From NCBI GenBank assembly GCA_010093705.1, contig MU006099.1:62001-126000 (forward strand): DNA of 64,000 nt, given 5' to 3'. Below the pieces are notes generated by a model. It was not told where the DNA came from and searched no databases. It saw nothing but the letters and a program-made list of their open reading frames with translations. Made by a program: the position numbers and the translations under genes. How positions within the stretch are numbered: the stretch's first letter is position 1; each line of letters starts with the position of its first letter. This DNA is from Patellaria atrata CBS 101060. Its lineage: Eukaryota. This document shows, in pieces, positions 12,589 to 25,998 of the stretch.

Positions 12589-13886
12589 TGCAATACGCAT
12601 CCCGCATCGCTCTAGCTCCTACGATTTAGTGCATTGGAGGTTATCTGCAATGGCACATTGCAGTACTAGGAATATGTAGATTAAAATAGAAGCTTCCATG
12701 GTAGCCAAAAGATACTACCTTACCTTACGATAGGTTCCACGCCCCATGTGTTGCGGTACACTTATGATACCTTATAACTTATTATCCTCGGTAGACACTC
12801 GTACCTGCACCTTGACAGCTATGCTAAGAAACCTTATGTTCGGAGTATGCATCTGATCCAATGCCAGAGTGATGCGTATTGCGGAGTCGGAGCCAATTAT
12901 TAGGGCAACATCTCAGCAATTCAACGCGTCGTCAAAGAGCCCATGTTTGTTTCAGGAAACAGAATGCAGTTATATGCACATCCACGGAGACTTGAGCTAT
13001 TGTCTCATGGCGATATGCAGGGCTGGTCTTATCCTTATGGTTACAAACATCGGCCGAAGGATCGACAAATGAGTCTACAGAGATCAACCAACATCAAGCT
13101 TCGAGATCTTCCGTTTCTATGATTTCACTCATTGACCTTACCGTATCCCGTACTAAACAAGCCAATTGACCCTCCGAGGACCATCTCAAACGTATTGCAG
13201 GTCTTCTATTTGAAAGTTGCCGACGTGGTTTAAGCATTCATTGTTTCGTCTGATTGTCTCCAGGGACAGCATTCCAACAAACGCCGGTCCCCTTGCTATT
13301 CCGACGTCCTACATCGTATCTTATTAGTTTAGAGATCTCTAGTCTAGGCCAAATTGGCCACAACTGTACAATCATTGACAAGGCAAAGAGTCCGGGGATT
13401 ATTTAAGAATTCATTAGTTAAGCGATCCCCAGGCTACAATGTCATCTCTCAGAGTCAGAGCTGGAACTAGTCGGAGTATCTCGCGTTTGCCGTTTCCGCA
13501 GGAGAGTAGACGCTGGCCAGGTTAGTCAATCATTTTAGCAGTCATACATCTTCCCATTGACAACGCATCGAAGCCACGATTTGACCCTCTTAGAAATTTT
13601 TTTGACTGAATTTAATGCCTCATCTTCTGATACAAAACATATCCCACACAGCTTAGTGGGGCGGGTGCTTTTTCTAGTTTTCCAAACATCCGTAAAATTC
13701 ACGCATATCCTGTGATTATCTACGAAAAAGCAAATTTGACTTCAGAAAAAGTCTACTTGACAGCTGATAAAGATTGTTCTCACCTGTCATATAGATACAA
13801 GAATTCTTTCCACCTCGCTGCCTTCCTTTACACTGCATCAAGATACTGCCCCTCTACGGATAGCTACCCCACAATTTCACCGCAAA

Positions 13887-15456
13887 ATGTCCGTCACCGC
13901 ACAACTCAAGAGCCTTAGCTTAGACAACATCAATCCACATGTCAAGGAAGCCAAATATGCTGTTCGTGGAGAGCTTGCCGTACGTTCGGAGAAATATCGT
14001 GCCCAATTGAACAAAGGCGAGAAGGGAAACCTTCCTTTTGACACCGTCATCTCCGCCAACATTGGTAACCCCCAACAGCTTGACCAAAAGCCTATCACCT
14101 TCTTCAGACAGGTTGCCAGTCTACTTGAGAATCCTCTGTTACTCGAAAAACCGGAGGTCCTGAAAGAGCACTTAGGATATAAGGACGATGTCATTGCGAG
14201 GGCACAGAAGTTGATAAAAGATGTCAAGAGTGTTGGAGCTTACAGCCAAAGTCATGGAGCTCCGGCAATTAGACAAAGTGTAGCAGATTTCATTGAGCGT
14301 ACGTAACCGAAGCGATATGTCGGACGGTTTATAGTCTGCTAACGACTATTAGGACGAGACGGTTATCCATCGGACCCCGAGCATATCTATATGAGTGGAG
14401 GAGCCTCCTCTGGCGTGAATACTCTTCTACATATTATTTGCTCGAAACCCGAAACTGGCATCCTCATTCCGATCCCGCAATATCCTCTCTACACAGCCAC
14501 TCTCGCCGTGCTTAACGCTCGATGTGTGCCATACTATCTCGAGGAGGGCAAGGGCTGGGGTACCGATTTGAACGCTATAAAGGAGTCTCTCGAAAAGGCT
14601 AAACAGGAGGGTACTGATGTGCGTGCTATCGCAGTTATCAACCCTGGCAATCCCACTGGTTCCACCTTGAGTCCCGAGGATATCACGGCGGTGCTCAAGT
14701 TCGCAGCGGAGGAGAAACTCGTCGTTATTGCTGATGAGGTGTACCAGACCAATGTCTTTGCGGGATCTTTTGTGTCATTTAAGAAGGGCCTCCGAGATCT
14801 CCAGAAAGCTGAACCAGGTAAATATGATAACGTTGAACTTGCCTCTCTGCACAGCATCTCTAAAGGGATGGTTGGTGAGTGCGGTCACCGAGGAGGATAT
14901 TTTGAGCTGGTCGGGTTTGATTCGGAGGTTGCTGCTGAGATATACAAGTTCATCAGCATCCAGCTCTGCCCACCTGTCATTGGTCAGTGTATTGTGGAGA
15001 TGATGTGCAATCCCCCACGAGAAGGGGACCCTAGCTACGAGCTGTACCACAAGGAATACTATGGTATCTTTGAGGGACTGAAGAAGCGGGCGTTTGCTCT
15101 ATATGATGCATTCGAAGAAATGGAGGGAGTAGAATGCCAGCCGCCTACAGTAAGTACGCAAATATCACCTGTCCAGCACTAAACTAATGTATCTCTCTTA
15201 GGGATCTATGTACCTATTCCCTACGATTCACGTCTCACCTAAAGCGGTGGAGGCGGCTAAATCGGAAGGACGTACACCAGACGAGTTTTACGTCTCCCGC
15301 TTACTAGATGCGACGGGTGTGTGTATGGTCCCAGGGTCAGGGTTCGGTCAGAAGGAGGGGACGCTGCACTTCAGAACTACATTCCTAGCACCGGGCACTG
15401 ACTGGGTGGGCCGGATCACGAAGTTTCACAAGGAATTCATGGATGAGTTCAGATAG
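13887..15456 (+). CDS. ALT1: Alanine aminotransferase (PLP-dependent)
   Basis: Motifs YAVRGE, ANIGNPQ, PIPQYPLY, INPGNPTG, DEVYQTN and HSISKGMVGECGHRGG (PLP lysine). Exons 13887-14298, 14353-15149 and 15202-15456. Confidence 0.95.
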
Positions 15457-16803
15457 TTCTAGGGCTGCATATGAGTGAACGATTATTTGTACAAGTATGT
15501 CGAGGTGAGAAACATTGACAGGGGATATCGTTTGGGCCAGTAAAAGGGTGGTACATGAATAGAACTCTTCTCTATCCGTTGTTCGTTCTCTGTGATTTGG
15601 CCGTACATTCGAATTGAAGGGTATATACCAAGTCCAATATGTGTCTTTAGTATCGGAGTACGCCGTGTACTCTACAGCTTTCAGCCTTACCTTTGACATC
15701 TACCAATCCATTCCAGTCGTCGAAACGGAACAGAACACATCTCCAAGGGACAAGCTAATAGTAACACCGAACCAGAGAAACTGAGCACAGCTCACAGTAA
15801 TATCTTACACAACTGATACTCGCATCTACCTACCGGGAATCTTCTATACGGGTTCCCAGGTTACAGGAAATGACTGTGCGCTGACGGAGATTCTGGGTCG
15901 GACTCATGTGCCTTGCATTGTTTTTTCCGGACCAAGCCGTTGGAAGAGACGGCACGTGGGAGATGTAGTGAGAAGGGGGTTATGTTGGATGAAAGAATTA
16001 GAAATGATAGAAATATTCTATTGATCTGCCTTTGAAACGTTTGTGAATGTTGAGTAAGGAACCCTAAGCCATTTGTTAGGTTGAGGTTTGAAAAGGCTTT
16101 TCCGTCGCTCGGTTCGGGCTCGGCCGCTGCTCCCGAAAATATAATTAGAATTAGACACATCCCAGCTCGACGCAGGAACCCTTTTGAACCTCATCCATAC
16201 TCCAACATATCACTGCACACTATGGATGACTTGATCCATCTGGTCAATCTTCGAGAACATAATTAAGAGCTTCTTGCGCATGCAGCATCCGATTTTGGGT
16301 GCAAACACTCTACTTAGCGAGGCTATGATCTTTACCCGCCCCCAATGAGGCGCGTTTGGTGAACCGTGTCATCGTAAGTCTCTCCGGCGGACATATTCCT
16401 CAGGACCTGAACTCCTGAACAGTCCCGCGGACATCATGTAAGTTGATAGTAAACCAATAATCGTCCGTATCCAAACCTCGCGACTCGAGATGCAGGGCAC
16501 GTTTCGTAAGTTTGGTCTTTTGTGAGTTGGTCGTCGCAGCAATCCTGGTTGGCGAAGTCTCGTTACAGATCTTGTTTCACATTCTCTCCCTCTCCCACCC
16601 ACGAATACAGCTGACCACTGTTAATCTTTCCGTATACAACCATTCCTAGCTCTAGAAGCACAGATCCATATGTCTCCGCTGTTGTTCTTGCGCAAGTCTC
16701 GCGTCGGAGCTAGGGGGCCCTTCCTGTATCATTTTTTACCCCTTCATCTGCCACATGGTTTCCTGCTATAAGATTCAGAGCGCTCCTGCTCACCGCAAGA
16801 ATT

Positions 16804-18183
16804 ATGTGTTCAAACAGACCAACCCGTTCTTCCTCACCAGATTTCATGGTTGACCTCACCCATCTTCCCTCTGGTTTCTCTTCTGCTACCCCAATTAAGA
16901 TGTGGAGTTCGACATCACGACCTGTATCATCACATTCCATGGCATCCAGCCACGGCTCAATCGCTTCCGTCGAAGATAAAGATAGTGCTCTCATGCAAAA
17001 TAAGATGTGGAGTGCTGCAGCAAAGCCAACCGATATCTGGGCATTACCCAGGAAACAAATAGACCCCATCCCCCGCCAGCTCCCTCCTTCAGCCCCTCTT
17101 TCGAGAAGAGACTCAAACTCCACCCAAGCCTCTCATATGTCACGAAGAATCCTAACGGAAGATATGGAGATCCCCATGCATGATGACATGAAGACTCCAA
17201 CCGTCCTAAAGAGACCATCTATCATACCGGAGGCTCCCCCATCCCCAAGCTTGACAGATCCATCCGAGGCCGAGGCTGAACCAGAAATGGCTCCAGCACC
17301 AACTACTTCAATGGCACCTGTCCCCATGAGGCAAGCGGCTCTTTCGATGGAACCCGCTCCCACCATGGAACGCGTTGTTTCAGTGGGATCTGCTCATTCC
17401 ATGGAGTCCGCTGTTATGGTTGAGAGCGCCTCAGCTCCGGCACTCCCAGTCGCAACTGGCCACCTTACTAAACAACTCCTCGCTCTCTTCTCCCAACTCA
17501 CGGTGGTGGAAGCCGAGAAGCCCACCGTCATGGCCTCCGACTACGCTGCGCTCCAAGCCCGTGTCGCCGCCCTCGAGACTGAAAAGGCTACTTGGGCTAA
17601 GCGCCAAGAGGCCATCTGGGCCCTCCGTGACGACGATGTTGCGAACCTCATCACCGTCCGCGGTCTCCTCGCCAAGGAGCGCCGTGAGCACGATGCCATG
17701 AAGCAGCTGCGTGAAGAGGACCTTGCTAACGTCTTGACCATCCGCGGAAAGCTCGCCGCCGCAACCCGCAAGTTGGACGCTATCAACGCGGCGCAAGCGA
17801 CTCAAGCGTCCGCCGCATCGGGACATCCCCGCTCCGCCACCTCCGCTCGCCAGAGCCTCTCTGGCGACCTATGGCAGGTGGCTAAGAACGCGGCTCTGGA
17901 ACAGCGACTGCTTGAGCTTGAGAGGGCGAACGCAGAGCTGAAGAGCAAAAAGATGGCCGAAGAGGCGATGGAAGCCGAGAAACCGGCACCAGGATCAGAC
18001 AAGGACGTCATCAGCAGAATCGAGGCCATGTTCGACGATCACCTGCGCGCGAGAGAAAAGCTGGGCGCTAAGGTGCAGCAGCTGAGGAGCGAGAAGGAGG
18101 TGTTGCAGAAGGATTTGGCGAGGCTGGAGGATGTGAATGTGGAGTTGGAAGGCAAGGTCGAGAGATTACTGAGGAAGTGTTAG
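16804..18183 (+). CDS. Hypothetical protein with a Ser/Pro-rich disordered N-terminus and a coiled-coil C-terminus
   Basis: 459-aa ORF with coding-like codon bias and heptad-like segments (LQARVAALETEK, LEQRLLELERANAELK, LEDVNVELEGKVERL). The start is uncertain because several GTAAGT donors at 16370-16510 suggest 5' introns. Confidence 0.75.
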   Translation: MCSNRPTRSSSPDFMVDLTHLPSGFSSATPIKMWSSTSRPVSSHSMASSHGSIASVEDKDSALMQNKMWSAAAKPTDIWALPRKQIDPIPRQLPPSAPLSRRDSNSTQASHMSRRILTEDMEIPMHDDMKTPTVLKRPSIIPEAPPSPSLTDPSEAEAEPEMAPAPTTSMAPVPMRQAALSMEPAPTMERVVSVGSAHSMESAVMVESASAPALPVATGHLTKQLLALFSQLTVVEAEKPTVMASDYAALQARVAALETEKATWAKRQEAIWALRDDDVANLITVRGLLAKERREHDAMKQLREEDLANVLTIRGKLAAATRKLDAINAAQATQASAASGHPRSATSARQSLSGDLWQVAKNAALEQRLLELERANAELKSKKMAEEAMEAEKPAPGSDKDVISRIEAMFDDHLRAREKLGAKVQQLRSEKEVLQKDLARLEDVNVELEGKVERLLRKC

Positions 18184-19391
18184 ATTCATTGGTAGAGATT
18201 TGGGTCTTCGTGCATTTAGCTTGCGTGGGCGTTTTTTGGGTGAAAGTTGCATATACCTCGGGGTTGAATTGATGGGATAGATTGAAAGAGCTGGCTCGCT
18301 TCGTTGTTTGAACTTTGGACTTTGGACTTTTGGGGGTTTCTGTATATTGATCTTGACACTACTACCATCTTCTATCCTGAGCTTAATAGGAAAAGCGTTT
18401 TCTTTTGTCGGAAATTTGTATAGTGCGTTTGTTTGCTTTTGTGTAGAACTACGGTTTTCCGAGTTGGTATTACAACAAAATACGACACTACAGGACATTT
18501 TCAAATCCAGAACTTTGCTTGTCTTACTTGCACATTATATTCCCAATCAGAATGATAGACTTGAATTCAACTCTCCATCTAGAACTCCAGTCTCTACATC
18601 CCTTTCCCACACCATCTGCAGACGCAATGCACGACTGGACCCTCACAGCCCAAAAGGAGCTAGCTCTCATAGAGGTACTTACACCGGAATTTCTTCCACA
18701 ACCTCACATCCATCTTTCCCCCGGACAAATGACCACGAGCAACGAGCCTCTTAAAATACCCCTGCCAGCTAAACCCCCGAGAAAAGGATAGGTAGGAAAG
18801 AAAGATGACCCGGCGGATATGACCGCTGCAGGCACCCGCCTCATAGTTCCAGTTCTCGCGTACCACCAGAACCATCGCAAGAACTCGGTATACCCTTCCA
18901 TGCACTACTGTAGTTCTCCTGCGTGTTTACACCGGAATCGATCAAAGCCGCTTGAGGGTCACCGAGGACTTGCCTGAATGGAGGCAGGAATCTGCAGTGG
19001 CGACTTGATCCGGATGTGGTCCGTTGTACAGCACTACCGTATCCGGCGATCTGCTCGTGCCACTTGAGTTCCAGAGGTCAGACGGATGTCGGCTTGAGTG
19101 CGTAACGTGACGGTGGGTTCGGCGGCCGTTGTGGGATGGATTTTCAGCTCGCGGGGCGAGGCTTTGGGGGATGGTATGGGATTACCAAGGAGGGGGAAGT
19201 ATATAAGGGTAGGTAGAAGTAGGTGGAAAGAAAGATTCAATCTCATTCAAGTCGAGAAAATATAACAGTAGTATCACTCCCTCCCTCCTTTTCCATATCA
19301 TCACTATACCACCTTTCTCCGTCAAGTCACACCTTCTCCCGCGTAAAAAAAAAAAGAAAAACTAAAAAAAAAAAAACAAAAAACCAGAATA

Positions 19392-19945
19392 ATGCATTTC
19401 TCACTCTCCCTCTCCCATCTGCTTCTCCTTGCTCCCCTCGCTCTCGCCTCTCCGGTCTCCGAACCTGTCCATACACTGGCTGAGCGCGCCGTGTCTTGCA
19501 CCGCCGTCGGCACGGGGAGCTCATGCACCACGTCCCTCACGCGGTACGGCTGCGCGACGACGAATACGAATCAGTGCTCCGCTGTTGGGACCGTGGCGCC
19601 GGGGAGCCAGGTCAGCATTGGGTGTTATGTGTTTGGGGAGACGGTGAATGGGTATTCGTGAGTTGAATTTTCTGCTTTTCTGGGGACACTGACGAGGGGG
19701 TGATTGGGGGTTGTACGGTACTGTACAAAGGGGGGAGGGGAAGGTGGATGGGATGTGCTAGAACTGTGGATAGGGGTACTGGAGTGGAAGGCTAACGTGG
19801 GAGGCAGGATGTGGTATAGGTTGAATCCGAACGGGAATGGCTATATGCCAGCTGCGTTCTTTTCCACCAGTGAGTTGTTTCGGTTCTGGTTGCGGATATG
19901 GGGGGCTGATGTTTCGCAGGTTGCAGCGGTATTCCGCCTTGCTAG
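19392..19945 (+). CDS. Small secreted Cys-rich protein (117 aa) with a bacterial-SH3-like domain
   Basis: Signal peptide MHFSLSLSHLLLLAPLALA and a short pro-region ending ..AER. Exons 19392-19657, 19808-19869 and 19920-19945 give ...GSQVSIGCYVFGETVNGYSMWYRLNPNGNGYMPAAFFSTSCSGIPPC*. A TATATAAG is present at ~19200. Confidence 0.8.
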
Positions 19946-20570
19946 AGGCGTTGGGGGTTGTACTGGACCGTTTTGTGGCACGTCTGATGGGGGATGATGT
20001 GGTCTGGAAAAGGACTAAACTTGAGAGTCTTGGGGTGGTGAATGGAGAGATAGGGATGAGGAAGGTATGGTGGGGATCATGAATGGCTGCCCATGGGCCT
20101 GGTTCGATTCAAACCTACTTAGACTGTGGAATCTATGCTTTGATGCAGCAGTTTTATCCCAATATTGAACTGATATTCTAATGCCTATCCATCCCCTGAA
20201 TAACTTCCTTCAGTTATTGGTATTTGGGTTTGAGATCGCCACAAGCACCGTACATCTAAATACGTAAGTAATTGCGCGTCCTAGAACTTGAACCGTACAA
20301 CCTTGTAAGATTTAATGATAGTCTGGAGTTGACAGTAAATATATATGCACAGAAAATGTACAGCTACGGTAGGAGTGCTTCAGCACAAAAGCCGTAGATC
20401 TCCCGATGCGTCATACTGTACTTTCAGCTCCAGCAAAGCTCAGATATAAGTCGATGTACCATCCAAGGAGTATTATTATGATTTGAGGTCACAATACTCC
20501 TTTCTAGACGGAAATATTGCGTTGTGAAGGGCGAGATTTAAGCTGCTCATCGTGTCTCGACCCTTACAAT

Positions 20571-22271
20571 ATGGCCCCATTATCGGATCAAGTGGACGAG
20601 CAGCGACCTCTCCTGTCCAATACGGGTCAAAATCAAGACAATGGCACAATTGAAAGACAAGAAGCACCCAATGGCACTACTGATGATGGGACACCTATTG
20701 CTGATGAACCTAATACAGCGAGGCTAATACTGGTGATGGGCTCGGTCTGGATTGGTGTATTTCTAGCAGCTCTGGGTATCAAGTGATAAATCCTACTAGT
20801 GGGATATAGTCATACTGATAGATATACAGATGCAACAATAGTAGCCACGCTCAGTGCTCCAATATCCAATTCCTTCCACTCATTTAGTCTTCTCTCATGG
20901 CTAGCTACCGCCTACCTGATTGCGAACGCTGCCCTCCAGCCCTTAAGTGGACGGCTTACAGACATCTTCTCCCGTCGTACGGGTCTTGTCTTTTCCAATA
21001 TCTTCTTCGCAGCAGGCACTTTGATCTGTGGTCTTGCTCAAACGGAATGGGTTATCATATTCGGGAGAGTAATAGCTGGGATGGGTGGAGGAGGACTGTT
21101 CACGATATCCACATTTGTAGCGTCCGACCTGGTTCCATTGCGCAAGAGAGGTCTATGGCAAGGATTCGGAAACCTTGCTTACGGGGTGGGTAGCGGACTG
21201 GGTGGTGTATACGGAGGCTGGATTAATGATCAGCTGAATTGGCGACTGGCATTTCTGATTCAAGTACCGTTCATCGTGGCATCCGGGATCGTCGTATGGT
21301 TCACAGTAGACATCCCCGTCAAAGAAACCAACAAGTCCCGAATCCGCCGCGTAGATTTCCTAGGCGCCTTCACCCTCGTCCTAACCCTCGTCCTCCTTCT
21401 AATCGGTCTAAATTCCGGCGGAAACATCGTCCCCTGGACCCACCCCCTCGTCCTCACCAGTCTCCCACTCTCCCTCATCTGTCTAGGCGCATTCATCTAC
21501 ATCGAAGACCGCATAGCTTCCGAGCCCGTCATCCCCGTCCGCCTCCTCCTCAACCGCACAGTCCTCTCCGCCTGCCTAACAAACTGGTTCACAACAATGG
21601 CCGTCTTCGCCCTCCTCTACTACGTCCCGATCTTCTACCAAATCCGCGGCTTCTCCGCCACACAAGCGGGCTTGCGCATCGCGCCCCTCACCGCCGGCGC
21701 CGCCATCGGCTCCCTCGGCTCCGGCCTCATCATGAAAGCAACAGGCCGCTACTACGTCCTCAGCAACGTGACTGAAGCCGTCGGCGTCCTCGCCTGCGGT
21801 CTCATCGCCGGTCTCCTCAACTTCAACGCCTCAGACGGCCTCCCGATCCTGTATTTTTGCCTCGGCGGCTTCGCATACGGGTCTATGCTCACCATCACCC
21901 TGCTCGCGCTCATCGCGGCCGTGGACCATACGCACCAAGCCGTCATCACGTCGGCTTCTTACGCTTTCCGCTCTACCGGTAGCACGATCGGTATCACGCT
22001 TGCCAGTGCCGTGTTTCAGAACGTGCTGAAGAGGGAACTGTGGGCGAAATTTGCCGGGCGGAAACACGCGGCGGAGATTATCGCCCGCTTGAGGGATAGT
22101 ATTAGTGAGATTGAGAATGTTCCGTCGGAGTGGAGGGATGGGGTTATGAGGGCGTATATGGATGCCCTCAGGGATGTGTGGTTTTTGGTCCTCGGCCTCG
22201 CCGCGTTCGGAGCATTGTGTAGTCTGTTTATGAGGGAGCATACGTTGCATACGAATTTGGCGAGGAAGTAA
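20571..22271 (+). CDS. MFS transporter, 14-TM DHA2/VBA-like
   Basis: Motifs FLAALDATIVAT, PLSGRLTDIFSRR (motif A), GRVIAGMGGGG and WRLAFLIQVP, plus many TM segments. Intron 20776-20829. Confidence 0.92.
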
Positions 22272-22738
22272 AAGGCCTTTGGGCTGTGCTGTTAGGTCCA
22301 AGTGTCGCGATTGGCGAATGGGTGGAATGGAGTCGGCGCGATTGCAGGGGGGTGTGTTTTGTATCATGGACTTAGTGTATATATGATGAATGAAATTAGG
22401 ATTTTCTTTCGGTGAGCATGTTCTTCTGCTCTTGTGTGCATGTACATTATGCATGATGGAGATCTCAACCATGTGCTGTTCAGTACAGTACAATACGGTA
22501 CGAGCTAGCTGTATCTAAACTCAAATCGTCCGCTCAAGGGGCTAATATACGGTATATCTAGACGTAAATCTTCCATATGTACTGTACAACTACGACCTAA
22601 AGCCCTCCAGTTATACCGAGCATGCAGCCAATCTCCGTAGACCATTCGTAAGAAAAAACTTAGGTATACGAAGAGCACTCACTCCACCACCAACGCCCAG
22701 ATCGAAGCAAAGAACGACTCAAAACACCACCAACGCAC

Positions 22739-24029
22739 TTACTGCCCCCTCCCCCCACTCAACTCTAACCCCTCCTCATCCTCGACATCCTCTAACTCAA
22801 ACTCCTCCACCTCCCTAAGACCCCTTTCCTCATCCTTCCTCCCCCGCATCCCCCCAACCCCCTCCGCCGGATTAGCGAACGGAACCTCACACCCTCTCCC
22901 CCTCAATCCGGGATAATATCTTCCATACACATATCTCGCAACCGCGAACCCCAATGCGCTCCCCGCCACAACATCATAGACGTCGTGTCTGTAGTCCTCG
23001 CAGCGGGATATCGCGATGAGCGCCGCTGCCAACATGGGGGCCAGTGCGAAGAGCGCGCCAGAGAGATCGGGGCGAGGCCGGAAGACGTGCAGTTGTCCGG
23101 ACAGGAAGAGGGAGAGGTAGCCCAGCCCGCTGAAGGCGAAGGAGGAGTGCCCGGAGGGGAAGGAGCGCCAGCCGTCGTGGAGGATGTGCGTGGAGGGGGC
23201 GGTGCAGATGGTGTGGGTTACGAGGGTATGCGGGGGGGTGGAGAGGGACTGCTGGGGTTAGTGAATGGGCTGTGGGGTATGGGCAGTGGAAAGTAAAGGG
23301 GGGGCATACTGGTTGGCAGCGGGCGATTAGGTCGGGGCGGGGACGGCCGACGGCATTTTTGATGATCTAAGGGGTTTAGGGGTGCGGGTTCTTGGGAAAG
23401 GAGAGGAGACGTACGTCGGTTATGAAGGAGGTTAGGAGGAGGCTGTGGGGATATCAATTTAGGACTTTTTCTTTTTTTTTCTTTGGGGGGGGGGAGGGGA
23501 GGTTATATGTTAAGTACCTTATAAATAGGCCTAGTATGGTGACGTGCGCTTTATGTACGTCGAAGCGGAATATAGCTGCCCAGAGTGCTATGATCAGGAG
23601 GGGGAATGCGCCTGCGTATATGAAGAGCCATGCTGGGCCGAACCATTAGTGGTGAGATTCCTTTAGGGGTGGGATTGCGTTCTGTGACTGTATGTACCCA
23701 CTGAGACCCGTTCGACTTCCGCATGGGGGTATTGGAGGTTTATATTGTCTAGGGAGAACATGCGGTGGAATGGTTCGACGAAGAATAGAATCTAGTGCAA
23801 GCGATCAGACGAGATATCGCAACTAAACGCCTGGGAATACGGACGAGCATGTATGCTACGAGGAGTACAGTGAGGCCTATGTAGTCGGAAGCATATGATC
23901 GCTGGGAGTACGTTAGCTGGGGAGTGTCCTAAGAAGTATGGATTTCAAGCAACTGGTACGTACGTGCCAATACCTTGCGACTGACGCAAGCAGCCCATTT
24001 TGGGAAGTTAGACCTAATGGTCTAGCCAT
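22739..24029 (-). CDS. PAP2-family lipid phosphate / diacylglycerol pyrophosphate phosphatase (DPP1/LPP1-like)
   Basis: Multi-exon gene from ATG 24029 with VEPFHRMFSL..YPHAE and the three PAP2 motifs KNAVGRPRP, FPSGHSS and SRCEDYRHDVYD. It has about six short introns. Confidence 0.9.
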
Positions 24030-24273
24030 CATAATTTATATTCAAGTCATCTCTGACCGCTTGAAAATTGCGCGGGAGAACATAGTGTCAAATTGAAGTT
24101 AGAAGTTAGAACTACAAGTCTCTACTAGTTGTGGCCCGTGCTCAGAGCTATACTTGAGCTGTTCAGTCCTCATTCTCGCCGTACTGTTAACAGCATCAAC
24201 CTGCCTGTTGAAGAAAACCGCTGTGGGTAAAATCATTTCAGAATCTAGATGATTCCGCCCTTATAGCCTCATC
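24030..24273. promoter_or_regulatory. Short divergent promoter between the PAP2 gene and MED7
   Basis: Head-to-head start codons are separated by 244 bp. Confidence 0.6.
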
Positions 24274-25124
24274 ATGGCGGAAGAGGGTCAGGGCCAAGTA
24301 CTCTCGACCGCATTTCCTGCTCCTCCGCCCTTCTACAAGCACTTCACTGCGGAAAACCTCAAACGGGTTAAAGAGGCCAAAAGCACGGCGAAACCCAACA
24401 AGAGCGAAGGGAGTGAGAACAATGGCAACGATGAATCCTCCACCTCTGGCATCCTTAGTCTCCCACCAGAGCTCCGCTACATGATCCCACCAGAGCCCCC
24501 AGCAAATGGGAAATACACGCTGTTTGGACGTCCCTACGATGTACGTGTGTTTACACCATGTCACATGCGCTGTAGAAAAAAAAAATCGGACGCTGATATC
24601 GATTCCAGATCAACGAAACGCTAGGATCGCTAGAAGATGCTGGAGTAGAGCAGCTCTTCCCGTCCCAACCAGACGACACCGCAGAGGGTGGCAGTGACGT
24701 GCACGCGGAATGGACCTTTGATCGAGCGGTCTATCTGAAGCGCATGGCGCGCTCGATTCTCATGAACTTTCTCGAGCTAGTTGGTCTCCTTGCCATCGAC
24801 CCGGAAGCGGCGGTTAAGAAGCTCGAGGACTTTCGCGTGCTGTTCGTCAATGCGCACCATTTGATCAATGAATACCGTCCGCATCAGGCGCGGGAGACTT
24901 TGATATTGCTGCTGGAAAAACAGCTGAAGATGATGAAGGATGAGACGGAGGGGATTAGTAGGATGAGGGTACAGATCGATGATATGTTAGAGAAGTTTAG
25001 TAAGGATGATGTGGAGCCGTTAGATGAGACATATCTACCGCAGAAGAAGGTATCCCCGCAGACTATCAGGCAGAGACGTGAGAAAGCGATATGGCAAGCG
25101 CTTAATGAGGAGATGAGCTTATGA
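24274..25124 (+). CDS. MED7: Mediator complex subunit 7
   Basis: Motifs STAFPAPPPFYKHFT, YMIPPEPP and NAHHLINEYRPHQARETLI. Intron 24541-24608. Confidence 0.93.
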
Positions 25125-25998
25125 GGAACGATGAAGCAATTGGATAACCGAATCTATCGGTTGCTTTTGATCTCGATACCATATCAAACTAATGCAGTGC
25201 GATTGCATTAGACAAGAGTCTTCTACTCACCTCAATAAATAGCCCGATCAGAACCATACTACTAACTACCATCGACTCGGCACTCGCATGCCCTTACTAC
25301 TTTGTATATTTCCATATCAAAACCTCCAAATACACCTTAAGCTAATCCACTTCAAATTCCATCCTCATCACACGACCCCTTTCTAGTCTCCCCATCGGCA
25401 TCCTCACAACACCAAAATCCCCAACCAATCCCCCCACCCCGACTTATCTTCCCCGCATTCCAACCCCCATACAGTCGTCACGATACAGGACCGTTAAAAG
25501 ATCGACACCCCACAGCGCCCTAGGCGGATAAGCTTTGCGCGACGTCTTGGCGGACAGCCAGTCGGGTTGCGGGTCGTTATCGGGGATCGGCGCTGGGGTT
25601 AGGGGTTCGAGTGGTTTACGGCTGGGATTTGATGTGGTTTTGTGTAGTTCTACTTGTAAGCAGAGGAAGAGGAGGAACTGGCCTGGGGAGGAATGTGGGG
25701 ATATATAGGCGGCGCTTTGGGGAGAAATTTCTACTTTGTATGCGTGAGATTAGAACTTGACTGTTCACTCACTCTGCGCTATTTGCAAAGTACACGAAAG
25801 GAGTGAGTGGGTTATAAGTGATATATAACCCAGTATGGATCCAACCATTTCTACATCTTATACAACCTAACATTCATCTAGCATACATAACTAACATAAA
25901 AATCACAACCAACAAATCTTCCAGACAGAAAGTGTCAACTCCAACACCAACTCCAACTCAACCAAAACCCCCCTTTCCCCTTACCAAACCTTCCCACA

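Noticed and set aside
21239..22493. Long overlapping or antisense ORFs within GC-rich genes (MFS, kinase, SDR, coiled-coil gene)
   Set aside because: They are by-products of codon bias in the true frames.
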